IMG/VR virus record: IMGVR_UViG_3300008004_000605
DNA from: a virus
DNA length: 34,250 nt
Strand: one strand, 5' to 3'
Position numbers and translations under genes: made by a program. Below the pieces are notes generated by a model. It saw nothing but the letters and a program-made list of their open reading frames with translations, was not told the DNA's origin and searched no databases. Positions 1 through 7,871 of this stretch are shown here, in pieces (the stretch's first letter is position 1; each line of letters opens with the position of its first letter).

Positions 1-290
1 AAGGTTCACAAGTCTCTGATTCAAATCCCTTAAGATTCCATAGCCCGGTCCAGATTCAGCTTCGGTAATAGTTTGCTATGATTCCATTGTACTATTTTTA
101 ATAACCATAGTTCAACAATTATACTTTTAAATGGCTATCCTATATAACAAGGATAGGTTATCAGTTTTTTTCCCCATTGCCTTAACATAGAGTATTTGTT
201 GTGGTTTTAAGCACCCCAATCGGGAAGGAATAGATTTAGATTGTTCTGACGAATCAAACCTTTTCTAATTGACGCATAAGGCACTTAAGT
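1..290 (-). ncRNA. Candidate structured non-coding RNA or long leader, unclassified, truncated by the window edge
   Basis: Follows a sigma70-like promoter on the minus strand. No convincing ORF; G+C higher than the flanks. Helices seen: 288-280 UUAAGUGCC with 215-207 GGUGCUUAA (two G-U pairs), CUAUCCU/AGGAUAG hairpin at about 135-156, CAUAGC/GCUAUG. No family motif recognised. Confidence 0.3.
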
Positions 291-295
291 TAGTA

Positions 296-324
296 AATTT
301 ACGCCAAATTAAAAAATATGTCAA
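296..324 (-). promoter_or_regulatory. Sigma70-type promoter TTGACA-17-TAAATT
   Basis: Perfect -35 (324-319), 17-nt spacer, -10 TAAATT (301-296); points into region 1-290. Confidence 0.6.
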
Positions 325-493
325 CACAATAAAATAAGTTTCAATCAAAAAAATCATGATTTGAAGCAAAAAGATTAATACTGACAAGGAGTTATATTTA
401 TTTATATTTATTAAATTAAAAACACTTGACAAAATTTTTGTACACAACATAAAAAAATTAGTATATAATCCAAAAAATTTTTAGGAGATATAG

Positions 494-727
494 ATGAATG
501 AAAAAGACCGTGACAATTTAGCTTTTCTTTTAGGTGCTAGTCCAACAGTGTTAAAGGATTGGTATGAACAAATGAGTGCAGATGACCATAAGTATGCTAA
601 GGAATTATTGGATTCATTTCAAAAAGAGATAGATGAAAAGATTTTAGATGAAAAAGTATCAGAAGAATTATCAAAAATGGAGACTTTCCCTGATATTACT
701 AAAATGCTGAATAAATTTATGCTTTAA
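494..727 (+). CDS. Small acidic hypothetical protein resembling small ORFs of large environmental phages
   Basis: AGGAG RBS at 483-487, ATG; pattern DRDNLAFLL..SP.VLKDWY.QM..DD..YA.ELL recalled from phage hypothetical proteins (not verified by search). Confidence 0.7.
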   Translation: MNEKDRDNLAFLLGASPTVLKDWYEQMSADDHKYAKELLDSFQKEIDEKILDEKVSEELSKMETFPDITKMLNKFML

Positions 728-1377
728 ATTTTACTAAATTCTTTATTTTCATTAGTTGTTAAAGCTAAATCAATCATAAGTGTTCTTACAAAAATAAGAG
801 TTTTAATTTCTACCGATAAGTTAAGATAATTAATACTTTGAAGAGTTGAGTGATTGATGTTAAAGCATAGATCAAATATGTAATATTTTACAATACTAAT
901 ATTATCCCATTTGCAAGCAAGAATAAGTCCTTCAGACATTATGTTATGAATATCATACGGTATGATGTGATTTTTTGTAAAATAATCAACAATTGATATA
1001 TGGTTGTTATGGCAAGCATAAATAAATCCTTCTTCACATGATTTGAAATATTTATCATCTATAAAAAGAATACTTAAAAAATATTTTAAACATTTTAATT
1101 GCCCATATTCACAAGATTTAATAATAAATTGATTTTTTTCAATATTGTGTGTGTTGTAGTCTTCAATATTGCTAAAAAGATATTCAATAATATCTAAATG
1201 TCCATATTTAATGGCTTCCAAAATTAAATTTTCAATATTAAATGAAATGTCTATATAGTCTTTAAATTGAGGGTTTGTTAATATTTTTTTAATGGAATAA
1301 AGATTTCCATTTTGACAAAATTCTAAAATGGATTTTTCAATAGATTCTAAAGAGAGGTTTAAAGATGTTGAATTCAT
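724..1377 (-). CDS. Ankyrin-repeat protein with C-terminal KI tail
   Basis: Four ankyrin-like units: LILEAIKYGHLDIIEYLF, FIIKSCEYGQLKCLKYFL, GFIYACHNNHISIVDYF, GLILACKWDNISIVKYYI. Confidence 0.8.
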   Translation of the reverse strand: MNSTSLNLSLESIEKSILEFCQNGNLYSIKKILTNPQFKDYIDISFNIENLILEAIKYGHLDIIEYLFSNIEDYNTHNIEKNQFIIKSCEYGQLKCLKYFLSILFIDDKYFKSCEEGFIYACHNNHISIVDYFTKNHIIPYDIHNIMSEGLILACKWDNISIVKYYIFDLCFNINHSTLQSINYLNLSVEIKTLIFVRTLMIDLALTTNENKEFSKI

Positions 1378-1617
1378 ATTTGTTCTGACATTAATTTACT
1401 AAATATCTTTTACATTATAAAAAAAGTCAAGAAAAAATAAAAAACATACAAAATTAAAATTTTGGGTATTGATTTTAGATAAAAATATTGATAACTCTTT
1501 TGAAGATATAAAAGTGATAAGTTTATTTATACAAGGTAATTAATCAGAAGTTTTTAAAATAAATTTTGTCTGAATAAGTATAAGTTTAATAAAGTTAATA
1601 TAAAAAAAGAGGAATAT

Positions 1618-2763
1618 ATGATTGATTTAAGTATTGTAAAAATATTAGAAAAAGAAAAAGTTAGACAAGCAACAACAATAGAGTTAATTGCAAGTGAAAA
1701 TTTTGTAAGTAAAGCAGTTATGGATTTATGTGGTTCTGAATTCACTAATAAATATGCTGAAGGTTTGCCTGGTAAAAGATATTATAATGGATGCGAAAAT
1801 GTAGACGAAATAGAGGTTTTAGCAATAACATATTTAAAAAATCTATTTGGATGTGAATATGCAAATGTTCAGCCACATAGTGGAGCAAATGCAAATTTTG
1901 CTGTATTTAAAGCTTTTTTAAGTCCAAATGATACTATCGTAGGAATGGATTTATCTAGTGGTGGTCATTTAAGTCATGGAGCCTCAGTAAATATTAGTGG
2001 TGCTTGGTTTAATTCTGTAAGTTATGGTGTTAACAGCATGGGGTTATTAGATTATGAAGAAATACAAAAGTTGGTATTAAAAGAGAATCCAAAAATGGTA
2101 ATAGCTGGAGCTAGTGCATATAGTCAAATAATTGATTGGAAAAAATTTAAAGAAATAGCAGATAGTGTAGGTGCTATTTTATTGGCAGATGTAAGTCATT
2201 ATAGTGGATTAATTGTTGCCAAAGAATATCCAAATCCACTTCCTTATGCAGATGTTGTAACTAGCACAACACATAAAACACTACGTGGTCCAAGGGGTGG
2301 TGTAATTATGTGGATGAATGAATCTTTTTCTAAAAAAATTAATGGTGCTGTATTTCCAGGAACACAAGGTGGACCATTAATGCACATTATTGCAGCTAAA
2401 GCTCAATGTTTTTATGAGGCTAGTCAACCAGAATTTAAATTATATGCTAGACAAATTAAATTAAATTCAAAAGCTATGGCCAAAATTTTTAAAGCAAATA
2501 ATATAGATATTGTCAGTGGTGGCACAGAATCTCATATGATGACAATAGATTTAACAAAAGAAAACATAAGTGGAAAAGAGTATGCGAATCTTTTAGAGGC
2601 CAATGGAATTACCGTTAATAAAAATGGAGTTCCTAATGATAAAAGAGGTTTTGTTGAAACATCAGGTATTAGAATCGGGGTAGCAGCAGAAACAACAAGA
2701 GGTCATAAAGAAGATTGGTTTGAAGCCCTTGCTTTAAAAATGATTAAAATTCTTAAAGGGTAA
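1618..2763 (+). CDS. glyA: Serine hydroxymethyltransferase (short, 381 aa)
   Basis: IELIASENF, TNKYAEGLPGKRYYNGC, NVQPHSGANAN, GGHLSHG, PLP-lysine motif TTHKTLRGPRGG, FPGTQGGPLMHIIAAKA; GAGGA RBS. Confidence 0.97.
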   Translation: MIDLSIVKILEKEKVRQATTIELIASENFVSKAVMDLCGSEFTNKYAEGLPGKRYYNGCENVDEIEVLAITYLKNLFGCEYANVQPHSGANANFAVFKAFLSPNDTIVGMDLSSGGHLSHGASVNISGAWFNSVSYGVNSMGLLDYEEIQKLVLKENPKMVIAGASAYSQIIDWKKFKEIADSVGAILLADVSHYSGLIVAKEYPNPLPYADVVTSTTHKTLRGPRGGVIMWMNESFSKKINGAVFPGTQGGPLMHIIAAKAQCFYEASQPEFKLYARQIKLNSKAMAKIFKANNIDIVSGGTESHMMTIDLTKENISGKEYANLLEANGITVNKNGVPNDKRGFVETSGIRIGVAAETTRGHKEDWFEALALKMIKILKG

Positions 2764-2769
2764 CAGGGA

Positions 2770-2803
2770 AAAACATCTTAATATTTAAGGGAGAAGATGT
2801 TTT
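2770..2803. terminator. Stem-loop between convergent genes, possible terminator
   Basis: AAAACATCTT (2770-2779) / AAGATGTTTT (2794-2803) inverted repeat just after the glyA stop. Confidence 0.45.
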
Positions 2804-2808
2804 GTTAA

Positions 2809-3099
2809 TCATGAATTATAGTTAATATTGTGAATTAATTTAACTTTTTCTTCGTTAGTAAGTGGATCAAGAATATCAAATTCTTTTTCTAAAAATTCTT
2901 GTTCATTAATTTCTTTTCCATTAAAAATAGAATCATCAATATGTGTTGTCTCAAATGGTGTGGCTTCTTGACAGACAATAGTATCATAAGCATGAATTAT
3001 TGTTTCTCCACGAATGGCATATCTTTTTTTAGAAACAGAAACAACTTCAACAATAAATAAACGGTCTTCTTTCTTTACTAATGTATTAATGTTATTCAT
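2809..3099 (-). CDS. Hypothetical protein (start revised to ATG 3099, MNNINTLVKK)
   Basis: The track start at 3153 overlaps a promoter; AAGGA RBS precedes ATG 3099. Confidence 0.7.
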   Translation of the reverse strand: MNNINTLVKKEDRLFIVEVVSVSKKRYAIRGETIIHAYDTIVCQEATPFETTHIDDSIFNGKEINEQEFLEKEFDILDPLTNEEKVKLIHNINYNS

Positions 3100-3124
3100 G
3101 ATGATATATCCTTTTAGTTGGTGA

Positions 3125-3153
3125 ATTTTATGGCTAAAAGATAAAAAAGTCAA
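3125..3153 (-). promoter_or_regulatory. Sigma70-type promoter TTGACT-17-TAAAAT
   Basis: -35 at 3153-3148, 17-nt spacer, -10 at 3130-3125. Confidence 0.65.
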
Positions 3154-3170
3154 TAATTATATTTTTTACC

Positions 3171-3279
3171 TGACTTAAAATAATGTGGATGACTTAACCG
3201 ATTCACTAATGCTGACAATGACTTAGGCTTGTTTTGACTCAAATTTGTGTTATAAGTCAAGAATTCTGTGGATAAGTCT
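3171..3279. repeat. Cluster of TGACTTA heptamers upstream of the transposase
   Basis: TGACTTA at 3171, 3190, 3219; TGACTCA at 3235; inverted TAAGTCA at 3253 and TAAGTCT at 3273. Confidence 0.7.
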
Positions 3280-4143
3280 ATGAAAAATTGCCCTAACACT
3301 ACTTGCCAAAACCATACTGGAACACCAAAAAATTGGTATGTTAAGAATGGCTACTACAAGCCAAAGTCTACCAATCAGAAGACTCCAAGGTATCAATGTA
3401 AGGCTTGTAAAAAGAACTTCTCCACACATACAGACTTACCATCTGCTAACCAGAAGAAGCCCAAGATAAACCAGGAACTTTTCAAGTTGCTTGTGTCTGG
3501 TGTGTCATTGAGAAGAGCAAGCAAGATTTTGGAAGTGGAATACAACACTGTGGTTGCTCACTTCAACTACTTGGCTGAACAAGTCAAAAAGGCTCACTAC
3601 AAACACTTGAAGACCATACAGACTACCTTTGTCCAGGTGGATGAGATGGAAACCTATATACATGCTCGTGCAAAGCCTTTGTCTGTTCCTTTGGTGGTAA
3701 GGGTTAAGACTGGTGAAATTCTAGGCTTCAGTGTTGCCAAAATGCCTGCTAGGGGAACTCTGGCACAGATAGGTATCCAAAAATATCAATGGTATGACGA
3801 TGAGAGAAGTAAGAAATTTCAGGCTATGTTGGTGTCTATCAAAAATTGCTTTGACCCAAACATAACATTCAAGTGTGACAACCACACTTCTTACAACAAA
3901 TGGATAACCAATCAAGTTCCCAATGCTAAATTGGAACAAATCACAGCCGGCAAGAAGAAGTCAAAGAGAGATGGTGATAAAGAATTTGACCCCTTGTTCT
4001 CTATCAACAATACTTTTGCCCGTATGAGGCACGATATGAATAGATTGGCAAGAAAAACTTGGTCAACTACAAAAGCCATACACGGATTAGAAAATCATAT
4101 ATGGCTTTATATTGCTTGGAACAATAAATATAAGATTAAATAG
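3268..4143 (+). mobile_element. IS1-family transposase (fused InsA/InsB-like: Zn ribbon, HTH, DDE)
   Basis: CPNTTC...RYQCKACKKNF zinc ribbon; GVSLRRASKILEVEYNTV HTH; VQVDEMETY, FKCDNHTSY, SINNTFARMRHDMNRLARKT DDE-type blocks. G+C 37-45% in two lines counted, well above flanks. Start is GTG 3268 or ATG 3280. No right inverted repeat found. Confidence 0.85.
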
Positions 4144-6777
4144 TTATAAATCTATTCTTTCTTCCATTAATTTTCTTGCTTCTTCTTTTGTAAATACATT
4201 ATCAAAACCAGCAATAAATTCTGATTCTTTAACTACTCCATCTAAATATGAAAGACTTGCCTCTTCATATTTTTTAAAAGCAAATATAGCCATAGTCAAT
4301 TCATCCCTATTAAAAACATTCAATCTACATAATTCCTTAAATGATTCTATGGAAATTCCTGTTGATTTAACAAATAAATCTGGTTCTATACTTAAAATTA
4401 ATTCTTCAATAGATGACTCTCTATCATCAGTAAGATACATGAAAATAGGTAATCTAGTAATCAGTTTTTTTAATAACTTTTGAATTGTTTCTCTGTGTTT
4501 TTTTGCCTCATCTACTTTACTTTTAACATCTGAAGACAACTCTTTATTACTTATTTTTGCATCTTTAACTAGACTGTCTGTTGATATGATTATATCAAGT
4601 TGATTTTTTAATTTTCTAAATGCTTCAATTTGTGAAAGTTCATCTATTAATGGTTGATTGTTTTTTAATTTAGTAAGAGTGTTACTGTCAAGATTTATAA
4701 CAGAATCACTTTGAAATTTTTTAGCCAACATTGAAGATGAAGTTCCAGTTAAAACATAATCCAATAATCCTTTGGCATCTAGTTTGCTCATTGAATATCC
4801 ATCAGAGAAAAATATAGGAAGAAAATTAACAAACGATACTACAACATCTTCTGGATTTTGTAATTCCTTATTTGTGTTTGAATTAGATTTAATTATTGCC
4901 CTACTACAATAATCAGAAACAACCCTTAATGCTCTATTTGGAGCAAAGTCAAAAACATAACATCTATCTTTGATAATTTGTGTATCACCAGTAATTTTAT
5001 TTTTAACCACCCAAGGGCTTTGAACACGAAATATAGATTGAAAATAAGATTCTGGACTAGATAAACTTCTCAAAATCAATATACCTGTCCAGGGGGGAAC
5101 AGTCACACCTGTAGTTAATTTTCCACATGTTAGTGTAATTGTTTAATTCTCCATTGGAGTTTTCCCATTTCTATTTAAAGCAATATTCACTGGTTTTAGA
5201 GCATCTATACCAGAACCAGCCTTTATTCCAGATGCATTTATAATTTCATAACCTTCAAATACTCTATTCTCTTTTGTCAAATCTTTTAATAATTCAAACA
5301 TAGCAGAACAAGAAGCCACATCAGGTAAAAACCATAAAGTATGATTTAAATAAGATTTCAAATCCCCTTCTTTAAATGGCAAGGGGGATTCTTTTTCGGA
5401 TATTGTTGATAAAATATTAGAATTTGTATTGTTTTTGTATGCCTTAATTTCAAAAGATTTATTTTTTCCTGTTATCGTTTTTAGCCACTGAAGAACTTGG
5501 TCTTCATAAATAAATGTGTATTCTCCATCTTTTTTTATTGCTTTAAAAAATAGATTCAAACTAAAATCAACACTTCCGGTGTCTTTTTCTATTTCTTCCT
5601 TCCATTCCTTGTCCATTTTATAAGTTAACATTACCATTTGAGGTAATTCAGCATAGGGATTAACTTCGTTTGAATTTGTGATAGACCAATTTTCTTTTGC
5701 ATTTTGCTCATCAGCATATGTCCAACTAAATACTTGTTCGTCACTAAATTCTCCAGAACTTAAACTTCTAAAAGGTGTTCCAGATAAATATAAATAGTGA
5801 TTTGACTTAAATGTTTTTTCAACTTTTTGTGATGTTTGTGTTTCAATTGTATCAATTTCTTCTATAGATTCTGTAGGGTCGTATAATTCTTTTGCATTAT
5901 CTCTCCAACTACCAAAGTGGTATTCATCTAAAACTATACAGTCCCATTCAACATCATAAAATGTTATGTGTTTATCTTTGATGGATTTATCTTTGTTTTG
6001 TATATCTTGAAAAGAAGCAAAACATACAACTGGAACATCTTTATTAAAATCATTTATTGTTAATTTTGAGTCTGATATGTTTTTTGGATTTTTGAATATC
6101 CAACCTTCAAAATCAGTATGATTACTTATGTCTTCTTCCCAAGAATTTTGAACTACTGGTTTGTATGTTAAGACTAATATCTTTTTCCAACCCATCTGTT
6201 TAATTAATTGATAAGTAGTATAGGTTTTTCCAAATCTCATTTTGGCATTCCACAAAAAATGTGGGGCTGGAGAGTCTGTATTTTTTGGATGTTTTAAAAA
6301 ATACTCTTTAGTAACCTCTATGGCATTTTCTTGCTCTTTCCTTGGTTTGAATGAATTCTTGTTCGCATTTGAATCTAAAGGTTTTTTATCTTTAATAAAA
6401 TTAATGGCATTTTTAATGTCATCTAATGAACATTGAAACCACTCACTTGCACAGTTATTCTTATCGTAAAAACGGTTTCTTTTTAAATTATTCTCCAATA
6501 TTTTATGTATGTCTTTATCTGTAAAATATTCATTTTTGTTATAAACTGCATCTTCAATCCAAAGCACTTCATAATGCTCATCAGCATTAGGCATAACAAT
6601 ATTTGTCACTTGTTCGCTAATTCTTTTTTCAGCAGCCTCTTCTTTTGTTCCAACTCTTTCTGTATATCCAATTTTTAGCCAACCCTGGATTTTATTTACT
6701 GGAGTTGTATAAACATAAATTCTTGGAGTGCCATTATTAGGTAAATATTGCTTTGTATTGTTGTTATTATTAAGCAT
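4144..6777 (-). pseudogene. T5orf172/GIY-YIG plus SF2 helicase restriction endonuclease (ResIII-like), split by one in-frame TAA
   Basis: N-terminal IYVY...GWLKIGYTER...EWF; Walker A WNAKMRFGKT; Walker B IVLDEYHFG. Track ORFs 5143-6777 and 4144-5106 are in the same frame: EN*TITLTCGKLTTGVTVPPW with TAA at 5145-5143; about 877 codons if joined. Confidence 0.85.
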
Positions 6778-6788
6778 TTTTTACCCCT

Positions 6789-7556
6789 TCAATAATTTTT
6801 CACTATACTATCAATAAACTTTATCTCACTATCTTCAATTCCATATCTTTTATATAGCAAGTCATCAGTCCATTGTATATTCATATCTAATATTGGAACA
6901 AAACTAAATTTTGTTTTGGTAATATTCTGAGTTAATTTTAATTGACTTACCAAAAATCTAAAAAATTTAGTTCTCATATAAATAGCAAAATTATCTGCTT
7001 GTTTTTTTGTATCAAAGGCTCCTGCCACGAGATATGTTTCTGAACAACAAGAATTTTGTTCTGTTAAATTGGCCAAGTTTTTAGATAACTCTTCAAATGG
7101 TTTTGAATATTTAAAATTAATTATATAATCAGCTAGTTGTTCTATATCAATAATCATCGTTCTTAAAACATTATGGTTACCATAATGATCTTCATTATCA
7201 TTAGTATAAGATGTTTCTATAAATTTATCAAAAGAATAATTGGTAATAAAATTATTATAGTAATAATCAATAAATTCATAATCTTCAAAACTTAAACCAT
7301 ATGATGAAAATTCATAATCTTGAATAATCAAATTATTTATTAAATCACCAATAGATGATTCATCAAAAGAGTTGCTTTTTAGTTTTGTCCTTGATTCAGT
7401 ATCTTCATCAGTTTCATTATTCCAACAACCAAAGCCACCTATACTAATGGTATGATCAGAATATATTATTGATTTTTTATTTGGACTAAACTCAAATACA
7501 AAAGAATTAGTAGATGCACGAACATTAAGACAATCAACCTTAATATTTTCGAACAA
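6789..7556 (-). pseudogene. Chimeric ORF: unrelated acidic N-terminus fused to the C-terminal ~90 aa of an Eco57I-like methyltransferase
   Basis: NSCCSETYLVAGAFDT...YMRTKFFRFLVSQLKLTQ...FSFVPILD...WTDDLLYKRYGI..SEIKFID resembles the C-terminus of the methyltransferases that accompany this endonuclease family. No SAM-binding or NPPY catalytic motif present. Confidence 0.65.
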
Positions 7557-7764
7557 TAACTCTTTTTAAAATTCTTTATTTATTTGTAACATTTGTTCAT
7601 TATATCATAAAAAATTAAATAATGATTTTTAAATTTAATCAATAGGTTAAAATTAATATTTAAAAATTTTATAGACATTACAACTAAACTGTTGTATATA
7701 AACTAATAATTTAATGTTGAATAAATGTAACTTAAAAATGTAACCTTAAATAGACAACTAAAGT

Positions 7765-7822
7765 TTGACAAGTAGTGTGTTTTTGTTTATTATTTGAAAC
7801 TGCTTTGTAGATTTTATAAAAT
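7765..7822 (+). promoter_or_regulatory. Tandem sigma70-type promoters for nrdA
   Basis: TTGACA(7765)-17-TATTAT(7788) and TTGAAA(7794)-17-TAAAAT(7817); AAGGAG RBS at 7861. Confidence 0.65.
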
Positions 7823-7871
7823 TTAATTTTTTAAAATTATGTTATTCTACAAAAATAATTAAGGAGTTTTA

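Noticed and set aside
1-290. Assignment as group I intron, cobalamin riboswitch, tmRNA or tRNA
   Set aside because: UCAGAGACU resembles a group I P7 element and GCAAAC a tmRNA resume codon, but I could not find matching P4/P6 pairing, a tag ending in Ala-Ala, the cobalamin CCCCGCAACUGU core or a T-arm stem.
7672-7790. NrdR boxes upstream of nrdA
   Set aside because: Best alignments match the acaCwAtATaTwGtgt consensus poorly; kept only as unassigned repeats.
3171-7871. Composite transposon carrying the RM locus
   Set aside because: No TAAGTCA-type right end or second IS copy was found beyond the RM genes.
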